Virus record (IMG/VR): IMGVR_UViG_3300025012_000017
DNA length: 48,620 nt
Source: a virus
Reading direction: 5' to 3' (one strand)
Shown: positions 35,272 to 43,428 of the stretch, piece after piece
Numbering within the stretch: the first letter of the stretch is position 1
Layout of the letters: the number at the start of each line of letters is the position of its first letter
Notes under the pieces: model-generated
The model's database searches: none
What the model saw: only the letters and a program-made list of their open reading frames with translations
Told to the model about the DNA's origin: nothing
Translations under genes and position numbers: made by a program

Positions 35272-35404
35272 GTGCTTTCTCCTTTAGATGTTGTGAGATG
35301 ATGTCTGCGAGGTAATCTCGCATTGGGACTTTGGCATCTAGTGCCAAGATTGTCAACTGCTTATGTTCTTCGTCTGAGATGATCGTCTGCACGTTTTTGC
35401 TCAC
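35165..35404 (-). CDS. Ribbon-helix-helix (CopG/Arc-like) DNA-binding protein
   Basis: GTG start 7 nt after AAGGAGGG. VQTIISDEEHKQLTILALDAKVPMRDYLADIISQHL fits the beta-alpha-alpha RHH pattern. The ORF tail overlaps the next gene by 107 nt. Confidence 0.5.
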   Translation of the reverse strand: MSKNVQTIISDEEHKQLTILALDAKVPMRDYLADIISQHLKEKAHDRSNPEHDRRSSPSQSPPPDQEHHRGQPAGNHSD

Positions 35405-35461
35405 ATAGATTCCCTCCTTTCTTGCTGGAGCAGGTAGTCCCTGTTGGGACGTTCAGTTAGT

Positions 35462-35758
35462 TTATGGTTTAGTAAACATCGGTTTTTCTGCCGGTCCCTT
35501 GTTACCTTCTGCGACGGTTCCGAAGTCGAAGTCAGGAACTTTCATCACTGGGGTCGAAGAGGTCACAGAAAGCCTTGAGACATCGAACCAGTGGCATTCT
35601 TGAGGCAGTCCTTCTTTGTTAATTCCTGGATTAACGATTGCTTGGATGCATCCGTAAAGGTCGAAGGAGATAGAGGAAACAACTCCTTTCATACCAGTTA
35701 CACGATCCTTTACTTTGCAGCCGAGCAGATCAAGGTGCTTTTTAACATTTTCACTCAT
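35462..35758 (-). CDS. Hypothetical protein (98 aa), first gene after a motif-bearing intergenic region
   Basis: ATG 35758 preceded by GGAGGACAAC, which overlaps the motif. The track start 35848 lies upstream of the motif. Confidence 0.55.
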   Translation of the reverse strand: MSENVKKHLDLLGCKVKDRVTGMKGVVSSISFDLYGCIQAIVNPGINKEGLPQECHWFDVSRLSVTSSTPVMKVPDFDFGTVAEGNKGPAEKPMFTKP

Positions 35759-35766
35759 GTTGTCCT

Positions 35767-35781
35767 CCAGTAAAGATTCAT
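35767..35781 (-). promoter_or_regulatory. Copy of the recurrent motif (sense ATGAATCTTTACTGG)
   Basis: Ends 8 nt upstream of ATG 35758. Lies in a 137-nt intergenic gap. Confidence 0.65.
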
Positions 35782-35895
35782 ATTCCGTGTTTTTCCTTCG
35801 TCGTGCACATAATGTAATGTAACCATCATTTAATTGAATATAACGCACTTTCTCTCAGGTGTCAATGGGTTTTTTCGGTTGTTCGGTGTTAATTT

Positions 35896-36075
35896 TTAGT
35901 TCTTTTTAAGGGTGTGCTCCTTGACCACGGATGCGCTGGCGCGTTTAACTAGGGTGTGGTAGGAGTTTCTTGCTTGTCGTAAGATTTCAGCTGCTGCTGA
36001 GTAAGCTCTTTCAGCATCGTCAAGTCTGAAGCCAGCCTCATCCAGCATTTCCTTTGTGACTTTCTTGCTTTTCAT
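35896..36075 (-). CDS. Small hypothetical protein (59 aa; below the ORF-track cut-off)
   Basis: ATG 36075 forms an ATGA overlap with the upstream stop and follows GGAGGTGAAAGA. Translation MKSKKVTKEMLDEAGFRLDDAERAYSAAAEILRQ... TAA at 35896-35898. Confidence 0.5.
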   Translation of the reverse strand: MKSKKVTKEMLDEAGFRLDDAERAYSAAAEILRQARNSYHTLVKRASASVVKEHTLKKN

Positions 36076-36467
36076 TCTTTCACCTCCACCAGTAGACTAG
36101 GGTTTTCAACGCCTAGATAGACTCTCAAGATTCCCATAAGCTCCCGGACTGGGTCAGAGCCGAGAACTGCCTGGAGAGCGATTCTTTCTAGGTCGTCTTT
36201 GATCTTGAAAGGCAGCGTGACTGTGATGTGCCTGTTAGGGAGTCCGCTTTTGCTTGGGCTTTCCTTGATACCAGGAGCGTTGCCGTATTCTGATCGGCAA
36301 TAACCTCCGAGTGTGCCCATAGTTCTGAAGAACAGATTATAAGCTTCTTCAGAGTCAATGTCGATTTGGACTTGGTTCGCTTCGGGGTAGACAACTTCGA
36401 GGTTGTCTTGTTCGCACTTTGCCAGGAATTCGTTTCTTGTTTGGAGAAAGTAATCAAACCAGGACAT
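36072..36467 (-). CDS. Hypothetical protein
   Basis: 131 aa. RBS GGAGGTG. Confidence 0.5.
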   Translation of the reverse strand: MSWFDYFLQTRNEFLAKCEQDNLEVVYPEANQVQIDIDSEEAYNLFFRTMGTLGGYCRSEYGNAPGIKESPSKSGLPNRHITVTLPFKIKDDLERIALQAVLGSDPVRELMGILRVYLGVENPSLLVEVKE

Positions 36468-37311
36468 CTTTCACCTCCACTGCTACAGCAGCTATTGGGA
36501 TTTGTTTTTCAGTCTTGAGAAGCTCGTGTTTGACTATGAGAGTCTTTCCCTTGAGCGTCTCCTGGATGAACCAGTAGTGGCGTCTTTTATCATGACTGAG
36601 TTTCCCCGCCCCTACGGAAAAGACTGTGCCATCATCCCCTGAAACAAGAAAGGAGCCGACCATGGATTTCAGGCACCCATTCTTGTCAATAGCCTCTTCC
36701 ACACCCAGGATGGTATATTCGTCTTGCTCCGTGGGCTTGAACTTGAGCAGGTCTGTGGTGCGTTTCTTCTGGTAGGGGGCTGAGGGATTTCGGATGATAA
36801 TTCCTTCGTAGCCGTTGGACATGAAGATCTGGCATTGGGTAAGCCAATAGCTGAAAGGAATGACCAGGGCTTCGACGAATTTAAGGTTGCTTGGGAAGCG
36901 GTAGCTGAGTTGCCAGAGTTCTTGGATGCGGTTTGCTTGTTCCGCGCTTCCCTGGTGGTCGAAGATGTGGAACTCCATGAGGGAACAGTCTTCGTGCTTT
37001 GTCTTCCTGGATGCGCTGCAGGTGCTGTGGATTCTCTCTCTGCTCCAGCCGTGGACGTAGAGTTCTCCGTCGTAGTGAAGAGGGAGTTCCCTTTTAAGGG
37101 ATTCCTTGATTGCTGGCAGGTCGAATTCATTTCCATAACTGGAAAGCAACACCGGCTCTCCGTGAAACCACTCGACACGGCAGCGCTCGCCGTTGAGCTT
37201 GGGCTGGACGAGGAGGTTCTGGCCTAGGCCTTGGTAGCTAGCCCTGAGGAGGTTCCTCGGGTTCGGTGTCTGAGCTAGCATGATTCCTTCTCTCTTTGGT
37301 AGTGTTGGCAT
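36454..37311 (-). CDS. ATP-dependent DNA ligase
   Basis: Motif I PKLNGERC (adenylated Lys), ELYVHG, EGIIIRNP, LLKFKP. 285 aa, T7-ligase-sized. Confidence 0.8.
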   Translation of the reverse strand: MPTLPKREGIMLAQTPNPRNLLRASYQGLGQNLLVQPKLNGERCRVEWFHGEPVLLSSYGNEFDLPAIKESLKRELPLHYDGELYVHGWSRERIHSTCSASRKTKHEDCSLMEFHIFDHQGSAEQANRIQELWQLSYRFPSNLKFVEALVIPFSYWLTQCQIFMSNGYEGIIIRNPSAPYQKKRTTDLLKFKPTEQDEYTILGVEEAIDKNGCLKSMVGSFLVSGDDGTVFSVGAGKLSHDKRRHYWFIQETLKGKTLIVKHELLKTEKQIPIAAVAVEVKDVLV

Positions 37312-37548
37312 TTACTTAATCTCCCTTCTTTTAGGTATTATATTTCTTTTCATCAGGAATTCTTGTTTACTGTTAAAATTATCCCATGTTAGAAGAAGAA
37401 GTACTGCTTTGTTATCTATATCGTAGAGAATGTTTTGCTCCTCTTTCGTCAGAATTTCATGATTTACCTCAGCACATACTGATCTTATTCCTTTGATCCT
37501 GAGTCTAAGCCAGTTCCTTTTCATTGCCCATTCTTGTGCTGGTGTCAT
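37312..37548 (-). CDS. Small hypothetical protein (AT-rich; paralog of the next gene)
   Basis: 78 aa. AMKRNWLRLRIKG is similar to AQKRQWLKFRILS in 37545..37736. Confidence 0.45.
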   Translation of the reverse strand: MTPAQEWAMKRNWLRLRIKGIRSVCAEVNHEILTKEEQNILYDIDNKAVLLLLTWDNFNSKQEFLMKRNIIPKRREIK

Positions 37549-37736
37549 AGACTGTTCCTCCAGTTCTTGAGAACGTTCTTGAAGATGGTTTCGGCATTAG
37601 CGAGTTGAATTAACTCTATGTTCGAGAGCAGGCTTGCGTTCTCTTCACTGGAACAAAGCTCCAGATAGGAGAGGATTCGGAACTTGAGCCACTGGCGTTT
37701 CTGAGCTGTGGTTTGGGTTGTTTTCTTTCTTTTCAT
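37545..37736 (-). CDS. Small hypothetical protein (paralog of 37312..37548)
   Basis: 63 aa. Overlapping start/stop codons on both sides. Confidence 0.45.
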   Translation of the reverse strand: MKRKKTTQTTAQKRQWLKFRILSYLELCSSEENASLLSNIELIQLANAETIFKNVLKNWRNSL

Positions 37737-38164
37737 TCCTTGATCTCCTTTCTAAGGTCTTCCGGGATGTCTCCCTCGATGGCGATGATCTGCTCGTAGG
37801 TCATACCATCCTCGATCATGAGGGAGATGCGGCGCCGTTTTCTCTGGTCTTCGTCGAGTTCAGTTTTAGACACTTTTCCTGACAGGTCTTTCTTAAAGCC
37901 TACGAGGATAGAGGGTTTGAGTTTCTTGAGGACAAGGTAGAATTTTCCTTCTCTCAGCGTCGGGTAGATGTGGATGGAGTTTGCTGAAATAGGATCAACA
38001 CGCTCCAGTCCCTGGAGTTCCTTCTTGAAGATCTTGAGATAACTCTTCTGGATGTCCCGGTTCTCCATAGGAACGAAGAATTCTTCTCCGGTCTCCAGGT
38101 CCTGGGAGGCTTTCGTAATCCAGGAGGATGCTATGTCAGCTTCACTGGTTCGTCTGGTGGTCAT
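37733..38164 (-). CDS. Hypothetical protein with C-terminal HTH-like motif (paralog of 38945..39388)
   Basis: The C-terminus RRRISLMIEDGMTYEQIIAI matches EIQRICKLMEEDGATPEDIQQM in the other protein. Confidence 0.45.
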   Translation of the reverse strand: MTTRRTSEADIASSWITKASQDLETGEEFFVPMENRDIQKSYLKIFKKELQGLERVDPISANSIHIYPTLREGKFYLVLKKLKPSILVGFKKDLSGKVSKTELDEDQRKRRRISLMIEDGMTYEQIIAIEGDIPEDLRKEIKE

Positions 38165-38170
38165 ATTGGA

Positions 38171-38566
38171 TTACTCCATTTTCTTTAGTCCTTGAACTAT
38201 GTGGAGAGCCAGTGTCATGTAGTCCTTGACTTGTTGTTCGTTTGGTGTTTCTGAATCCCAGTCTCCATCAGATTTTATTCTTTCCAGCGTGTCACAGCCA
38301 GAACAGGAGCCGTAGTCTACTTTGACGTACCAAAACTCGTTTGGCTGATAACTATTTTCAGCAATGATGAAAAGCTGTGTTCCTTGATAGTGTCCGTGGT
38401 CGATGCAGGTGATGCGCGTAGGATCTATATCACCATAGTCTTCCGTTGCTATAATCTTGATTGTGTTTTCAACTACTTCCTGGTAGTTGTCTGGATGTTT
38501 CTTCTTGAAGACTTCTTCCAAGATTTCCTTGTTTGTCATAAAGCGGTCTACAAATTCTTGAATCAT
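38171..38566 (-). CDS. Hypothetical protein with YGSCSGCD motif
   Basis: 131 aa. RBS AAGGAG. Conserved-looking CIDHGH...YGSCSGCD. Confidence 0.5.
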   Translation of the reverse strand: MIQEFVDRFMTNKEILEEVFKKKHPDNYQEVVENTIKIIATEDYGDIDPTRITCIDHGHYQGTQLFIIAENSYQPNEFWYVKVDYGSCSGCDTLERIKSDGDWDSETPNEQQVKDYMTLALHIVQGLKKME

Positions 38567-38985
38567 AGCTTCTTCTCCTTCTTGCTTGAGACTTCCTTGG
38601 CGTAGATGATGAGCTTTTTAGCGAGGGTTTCAGAGGACATTTTTGAAAGCTCCCTCAAGCAATGCTTGCAAGTTGGCTGGTTTCTGATCTCGACCTTGCG
38701 AACAAGAACCCTGGAAGTGTCCCCTTTCAGGGGACTTCCTTGCCAGAAGAGAACGCCGTCCCTGACTACTGGCTTCATCTTCCACTTGGTGCTGTGTTCC
38801 TTTTCACAGAGAAGGCAGTTGACGTATACTCCCAGGATGAAGGATTTCTCTTTTCTCCTGGGAGCTGGCTTCTCCTTCGCTATCTTGAAGCCAAGTACCG
38901 AGAGAATCTCTTGCTCCTGCTCAGAAAGACCATTCCACTTTCCCTCAGGAATCTTGAAGGTGGTTGTTGCTATCTGCGTTGTCAT
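38563..38985 (-). CDS. Zinc-ribbon protein
   Basis: CLLC...CKHC. ATG 38985 lies 8 nt after GGGAGG. The track GTG start at 38994 abuts the RBS. Confidence 0.5.
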   Translation of the reverse strand: MTTQIATTTFKIPEGKWNGLSEQEQEILSVLGFKIAKEKPAPRRKEKSFILGVYVNCLLCEKEHSTKWKMKPVVRDGVLFWQGSPLKGDTSRVLVRKVEIRNQPTCKHCLRELSKMSSETLAKKLIIYAKEVSSKKEKKL

Positions 38986-39388
38986 CTCTGACACCTCCCT
39001 TCCAGGAGCTTTTCATTTGTTGAATGTCTTCTGGTGTTGCACCGTCCTCTTCCATGAGCTTGCAGATTCTCTGAATTTCAGAGTCTTCGCTGTCACAGAT
39101 GTCGAGGTTCTCTGTTGTTCCATCGGCTCTGGTGAGTGTAATATTGCTGGGTCCGAGGGGCTTGTAGAGAATCACGAAGTATTTTTCTTGTTTCTTGCTG
39201 GAGAAGCGGGAGATGGTCAGGCCGGAGAAAGAAAGGCCGGCGTTTTCCTGGAGGTTTTTCTCTTTGATCAGGGCAGTTCTCGTGGCTTCCATTTCCAGGT
39301 AGGTTCCTGCCTTGATGGTGATCTTCTCTCCTGTCTTGAGAGCCAGGGCTCTGGAAAGGATTTCCCTGGTGAGTGTTGCGCTGGGCAT
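38945..39388 (-). CDS. Hypothetical protein with C-terminal HTH-like motif (paralog of 37733..38164)
   Basis: 147 aa. Overlaps the next gene by about 41 nt. Confidence 0.45.
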   Translation of the reverse strand: MPSATLTREILSRALALKTGEKITIKAGTYLEMEATRTALIKEKNLQENAGLSFSGLTISRFSSKKQEKYFVILYKPLGPSNITLTRADGTTENLDICDSEDSEIQRICKLMEEDGATPEDIQQMKSSWKGGVRDDNADSNNHLQDS

Positions 39389-39414
39389 GGTTTGAGGTCC
39401 TTTCTCGTTGTTGT

Positions 39415-39765
39415 CTAGGTGAAGGGGCAGTTTTCTGCTGTTGGGCCGTAGTCAGGTTTAAATGTAGTTATAATCCGTTTTGTTTGGTAAGCTATGTCCT
39501 TGCTGAAGTAACCATCTTTAAATGCTTTAATAAGAATAAGAAATATTTTCCTGTATTCTTGCTGGCGAAGTTTTGAACTTCTTTTTTCACGTTTCTTAAA
39601 TACTTTAGGAGATGTTAAGCATAGTATATATCTGTTAGTTCCTGGCTCTTGTAGTGAAATTCCTATATCGTAGTCGCAGCCAGTAATAATGGCATCTTTT
39701 ATATTATGGTAGCCAGCTACCTTTAAGGTCTTTCCTTCAAGCTGCGTGTAGTCATAGCGAGGCAT
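39415..39765 (-). CDS. Hypothetical protein (markedly AT-rich gene)
   Basis: ATG 39765 (MPRYDYTQLEGK...) follows the upstream stop at 39786. A sampled 60-nt line counted by eye is about 32% GC. Confidence 0.45.
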   Translation of the reverse strand: MPRYDYTQLEGKTLKVAGYHNIKDAIITGCDYDIGISLQEPGTNRYILCLTSPKVFKKREKRSSKLRQQEYRKIFLILIKAFKDGYFSKDIAYQTKRIITTFKPDYGPTAENCPFT

Positions 39766-39785
39766 GGTTTTGTTTCCTTTCTTTT

Positions 39786-40442
39786 CTAGAGAATGTCTTC
39801 CGTTGGGATGAAGGACCATTTATCCCAGGCTTTTTTCTGCTCGTCAATGAAGTTGTGACTGATCTTTCCTATGAAGGAAAATCTTCTGGTTGATTTGAAA
39901 GCATCACCAAAGTCCCACACATAACACAGCTGCCCCACGCGCGGGAGCTTTGGTTTGTTGTTAGCGATTTTGTCAGCTTCTGCTTTGTGTAGCGCCATTC
40001 CTCTGCCTATCCAAGATACGTCGTGTTCTTTCTTTCCCTGGAGGCCGTCCAGGAAGTCCTGGGCTTCTTGTCTGGTGGAGAAGAAGTTCTCTTTACCACA
40101 AATTTTGCTGACTGTACCGTCTTTGTGAACGTAGCGACTATCGCAGTCATACACAGGCTCGTCTGCAATGTAGTATTTCTTCATAGCGTCAAATCTTGCT
40201 GGACCTTGGACTGTGAACTCTGCGTAAGCAACCTTCTTTTTTCCCTCTCGAACCTCAGCAAAAAGCTTATTGATCTGCTTTTGCTGACTGTCGAGGCGGA
40301 TTTGATAGGCTTCTCTGCTTGTGGAAGTCAGCTTTTGATTAATTGCTGATAAAGTCCAACTCTTCGAAGCAATATGCCTATTCACCAGCTGCTTCTCGAC
40401 TTCCTTTGAGATGATGGCTTGGAGTTCTTTTTCGATTGTCAT
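39786..40442 (-). CDS. Hypothetical protein
   Basis: 218-aa ORF with RBS. Confidence 0.5.
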   Translation of the reverse strand: MTIEKELQAIISKEVEKQLVNRHIASKSWTLSAINQKLTSTSREAYQIRLDSQQKQINKLFAEVREGKKKVAYAEFTVQGPARFDAMKKYYIADEPVYDCDSRYVHKDGTVSKICGKENFFSTRQEAQDFLDGLQGKKEHDVSWIGRGMALHKAEADKIANNKPKLPRVGQLCYVWDFGDAFKSTRRFSFIGKISHNFIDEQKKAWDKWSFIPTEDIL

Positions 40443-40458
40443 GGTTTGTTTTCCTTTC

Positions 40459-40665
40459 TTAGTCTGTATGTGTTATAACACCAAATTTTCCGTCTCTCAC
40501 CCAGGCATTTCTACCACCGAAATATGAGTGGTAGAATTTCTTTTCTATATCTTCAACAGTAACATCTTGACCACAGGAACCTGATATTCTGGTATGCGCG
40601 TAGCCTGGGATAGATGATTCGACTTTGATCTCTTTCGGTTTTAAGGCTTCTTTTTCGGTAGCCAT
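40459..40665 (-). CDS. Small hypothetical protein
   Basis: ATG 40665 lies 7 nt after GAGGAGG. 68 aa. Confidence 0.5.
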   Translation of the reverse strand: MATEKEALKPKEIKVESSIPGYAHTRISGSCGQDVTVEDIEKKFYHSYFGGRNAWVRDGKFGVITHTD

Positions 40666-40886
40666 TTCTGGACCTCCTCTTCCTTCAGCTTGAAAAGCCT
40701 CAGGACGTTTGCCTTCGCTGTTTCGAGTTTTTGATAGTAAAGACTGAAACGCTCAGGGTGGTGATCCCCGCAGGTTTCGATGTAGAAGCCGTGGTCTGTG
40801 GAGGCTTTGACTTCAGCAATGACTACATTGTTGAGCTTGAGCTGGAGAGCGTTGTTGCTCTCTTTCCATGTTAGCTTGAATGGCAT
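40641..40886 (-). CDS. Small hypothetical protein
   Basis: 81-aa ORF overlapping the next gene by 25 nt. Confidence 0.45.
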   Translation of the reverse strand: MPFKLTWKESNNALQLKLNNVVIAEVKASTDHGFYIETCGDHHPERFSLYYQKLETAKANVLRLFKLKEEEVQKWLPKKKP

Positions 40887-40899
40887 ATCTTCTTCCTTT

Positions 40900-41208
40900 C
40901 TACGACTCTAAGAGGTCCTGGATGGCATTCGTGTAGATTTTGAATTTCTTCAAGAGAGTCTTGATCAACTCCATGTCGAGCTTGTCTTCTGACTTGTAGA
41001 ATTCCAGGCTCTCCTGGAGTTCATTAGCTAGTGCTATTGCCTTGAGGCTTTCTGTCGAAAGCTTCCTAAGGCTTTCTTCAAGCCTGAGGTAGACAACAGA
41101 GGGGATTGTCAGGATGTCTTCTTTTCTTTCTTGGTTTTCTGTCATGGTTAGTTCCTTTGAATTAGGGTCAAGACATTTGATGTTAGTAGTATTTTCATAC
41201 CAAGACAT
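40900..41208 (-). CDS. Hypothetical protein
   Basis: 102 aa. RBS GAGGAAAGG. Its start shares one nt with the upstream stop. Confidence 0.45.
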   Translation of the reverse strand: MSWYENTTNIKCLDPNSKELTMTENQERKEDILTIPSVVYLRLEESLRKLSTESLKAIALANELQESLEFYKSEDKLDMELIKTLLKKFKIYTNAIQDLLES

Positions 41209-41399
41209 CAGTCCGATTTCCTTTCCTCTTTAAAGCGAGAAGGGCAGACAAGTCTGCACTCTCTGGGTGTGTAGGTGTCAGAGACAGTGCATGTTGATAG
41301 GCACCGAGGCCAGGGCGTGGCGTACTCTGCTGCTCTGAGAGTTCTCTTGTAGAAGGCTTCTTTCACTTCAGCTGGTGTCAGGATGTGTTTCGCCATCAT
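41208..41399 (-). CDS. Small Cys-containing protein (63 aa)
   Basis: ATG 41399 forms an ATGA overlap with the upstream stop and follows AGGAGAG. The longer track ORF (to 41567) overlaps the upstream gene out of frame. Confidence 0.45.
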   Translation of the reverse strand: MMAKHILTPAEVKEAFYKRTLRAAEYATPWPRCLSTCTVSDTYTPRECRLVCPSRFKEERKSD

Positions 41400-41680
41400 T
41401 CTATCTCTCCTCTCGCTTTCTTGTTGTGGTAGAAGCACAGGTCGAGTCTCCGGTAGTCTGCGGTGGAAAAGATCTTGGTAGTCTTCAGGCCCAGGTCGTC
41501 TTCGGTTTTGACTTCTTCGAGTCTCTTCGTTCCAGGGATCATTTCCAGCTCGACCGGCTGCATGCACTTCTTGCAGAGTGTGACTGCCGGGAGCGGGATG
41601 AAGTTGGTTGAGGCTGGCTTCTTTGAAAGCACGGCAGAGTCAATCTCTTCTTCCTCATCTGTGTCCCAGAACTGTGTCAT
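41396..41680 (-). CDS. Hypothetical acidic/zinc-ribbon-like protein (94 aa), first gene after a motif copy
   Basis: ATG 41680 (MTQFWDTDEEEE...) lies 20 nt downstream of the motif, with AAGGAAAGGAAA between them. Contains CKKC. Confidence 0.5.
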   Translation of the reverse strand: MTQFWDTDEEEEIDSAVLSKKPASTNFIPLPAVTLCKKCMQPVELEMIPGTKRLEEVKTEDDLGLKTTKIFSTADYRRLDLCFYHNKKARGEIE

Positions 41681-41700
41681 AGTGTCGTTTCCTTTCCTTG

Positions 41701-41724
41701 TCAGTAAAGATTCACATTGTGAAT
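41701..41724 (-). promoter_or_regulatory. Recurrent motif with dyad (sense ATTCAC-AAT-GTGAATCTTTACTGA)
   Basis: Perfect 6-bp dyad (41710-41715 with 41719-41724) plus the motif core. Lies in a 59-nt intergenic gap. Confidence 0.65.
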
Positions 41725-41739
41725 TGTAGGTGGTTGTTG

Positions 41740-41973
41740 TCATGCTATAAAGTCTACGTTATTTCTGAGAGAAACCACTGTTCTTGTGACATTTATGTTA
41801 AGATTTTTGGTGTTGTTTATAGCAGCTTTTGTGCAGTTTTGTCTGTTGCTATAGATTCTATCACCATAGATAGTAAACTTAGTCGTTTCTAACAACCAAC
41901 GCCACACTACTTCAGTGGCGTTATCAGGGTTGTAAATTTGCCACAGTCTAATAGTACCTCTTGGCTTATGCAT
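41740..41973 (-). CDS. Small hypothetical protein
   Basis: 77 aa. RBS GGGAGGA. Confidence 0.45.
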   Translation of the reverse strand: MHKPRGTIRLWQIYNPDNATEVVWRWLLETTKFTIYGDRIYSNRQNCTKAAINNTKNLNINVTRTVVSLRNNVDFIA

Positions 41974-41983
41974 GTCTTCCTCC

Positions 41984-42181
41984 CTATTTCAAAGCCGTTC
42001 CAAAAAGCAGCTCTTCCAGGTAGTCTGGTTCCAGGCCGAACCACTCCTCTGTGAAACCCTCTAGGTCTTCTCCAGAGTCCAGTCTTTCATTCATGTCTTC
42101 GATTGCGTTCTGGATAACTTCTCTTGCCTCTTCCTCTGTCATACCATCCCGCTTCATCAAGACCTGTTTCAGTGTCTGCAT
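41984..42181 (-). CDS. Small highly acidic protein
   Basis: 65 aa. RBS AGGAG. Contains MTEEEAREVIQNAIEDMNERLDSGEDLEGFTEEWFGLEPDYLEELL. Confidence 0.5.
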   Translation of the reverse strand: MQTLKQVLMKRDGMTEEEAREVIQNAIEDMNERLDSGEDLEGFTEEWFGLEPDYLEELLFGTALK

Positions 42182-42192
42182 GTTGAAAGCTC

Positions 42193-42648
42193 CTAGAGTT
42201 TCAGTTGTTTCAAGTTGCTAGCAGAAGCCCTCGTGGAAAGCTCCGTGACACGTTCCTGAAGGACTCTGTTATCCTGCGCGAGCCTGTCATAGTCTTCTGA
42301 GATGTCAGTCAAAGTCTTATTCTCGTCTTCCAGTTCCTGGATTTTCTTCTTGAGACTTTCTACCAGGGTGATGATAGACTCTCCAACTTCCAGGGTGTTG
42401 AAGGTATTCTCTCGGAGGATCTGTGGGGTTTTCTGTTGTGATGGCAGGTTTTTCTTGATGTAGTTGTTATAACTTATTCTGTCAATGATTCCTATCTTGT
42501 GGATGTAGAGAATGTGCTGCCCTGCTTTCACCTGCTTGACGCCAGCCTTCTTTGCAATGTCCTGGACAGAGAAAGGACCGTTCCAGTTGATGATTGCCTC
42601 TTTGACTTTCTGTGTCTCCGGTGTTTTAGCTGTCCATTCTGTTGTCAT
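42193..42648 (-). CDS. Possible HTH protein with C-terminal coiled coil
   Basis: ATG 42648 (MTTEWTAKTPE...). FSVQDIAKKAGVKQVKAGQHILYIHKIG is HTH-like. The C-terminus has a leucine-zipper-like heptad pattern. Confidence 0.4.
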   Translation of the reverse strand: MTTEWTAKTPETQKVKEAIINWNGPFSVQDIAKKAGVKQVKAGQHILYIHKIGIIDRISYNNYIKKNLPSQQKTPQILRENTFNTLEVGESIITLVESLKKKIQELEDENKTLTDISEDYDRLAQDNRVLQERVTELSTRASASNLKQLKL

Positions 42649-42743
42649 AGTGTTCCTTTCTTTTTCTGGTTTAAAAACCAAGCCAACTCTAACAACCGTG
42701 AAGACAGTCAGGAGGTCGCAAAGCCTGGCTGTCTTAGCTGCTG

Positions 42744-42887
42744 TTAGCGTTGAAGGGCTGCAACTGCCATGAGAAGCCAGAGAGCCGCGTAGCCGAAGAG
42801 GACTGAAAGGATGATCTGGCACACCAGCTTTAGCTTGCTTGGTTTCTTTTCCTTCCAGACGTAGTTAAAATTCGAATTCTGAGTCAT
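42744..42887 (-). CDS. Small membrane protein (47 aa; below the ORF-track cut-off as an independent gene)
   Basis: ATG 42887 lies 9 nt after AGGAGG. Contains the TM segment LVCQIILSVLFGYAALWLLMAVAAL. Confidence 0.45.
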   Translation of the reverse strand: MTQNSNFNYVWKEKKPSKLKLVCQIILSVLFGYAALWLLMAVAALQR

Positions 42888-43095
42888 TGTCTTCTTCCTC
42901 CTCTTTCTTGCAGATAGCATCAAAGCAGATTTCGCAAAGGCCAGAGATCCTGAACTCTTGCTTTCCTGCTTCGGAGTAACAGCGCTCCACGGCGGGCTTC
43001 TTGCACTGGATGCAAGTCTCCTTTGCCTTGGCATCTTCCACTGTTTCCCCGTAGAGCGCTCTTGCAAAGTTGTCCTTGAATTCCTTTAGTGACAT
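42865..43095 (-). CDS. Zinc-ribbon protein (76 aa)
   Basis: ATG 43095 follows GGTGGAGGAACCGCC. Contains CIQC...CEIC. Confidence 0.5.
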   Translation of the reverse strand: MSLKEFKDNFARALYGETVEDAKAKETCIQCKKPAVERCYSEAGKQEFRISGLCEICFDAICKKEEEEDNDSEFEF

Positions 43096-43415
43096 GGCGG
43101 TTCCTCCACCAAATAGTTGCAAGGATTGAAGTGCCCTGTTTTTTCAAAGAAACTTTTTTCATATGGAATAACTCCACTGTCGCTCGCAAAGGTGTCGCAA
43201 AGATCGCCATTCTCCAGTTTAAAAATCAGAATGGGTTTAATAAGTTTATCACTGTCACAGCAGATCAGCTTTACCGGGTAGTTGTAAAAGACTATCTGAA
43301 CCAGCTGACCACGGAACTGCACGTGTTTTCCTGCGTTGCCATACTTAGTATAAGTCCTACCAATTTTCAAGTTTTCCATGCCGTGTACTGCATTTGGAAA
43401 CAGCGGGTGTGTCAT
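43086..43415 (-). CDS. Hypothetical protein
   Basis: 109 aa. RBS AAGGAGG. Confidence 0.5.
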   Translation of the reverse strand: MTHPLFPNAVHGMENLKIGRTYTKYGNAGKHVQFRGQLVQIVFYNYPVKLICCDSDKLIKPILIFKLENGDLCDTFASDSGVIPYEKSFFEKTGHFNPCNYLVEEPPCH

Positions 43416-43428
43416 GAAAGCCTCCTTT

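Noticed and set aside
35759-35848. N-terminal extensions of track ORFs (35462..35848, 33323..33727, 39415..39819, 41396..41743, 42193..42822, 42865..43122, 43429..43818, 26548..29070)
   Set aside because: In each case an internal ATG with a well-spaced AGGAGG-type RBS, often coupled to the upstream stop, gives a non-overlapping gene. The extended starts lack an RBS or cross the regulatory motif.
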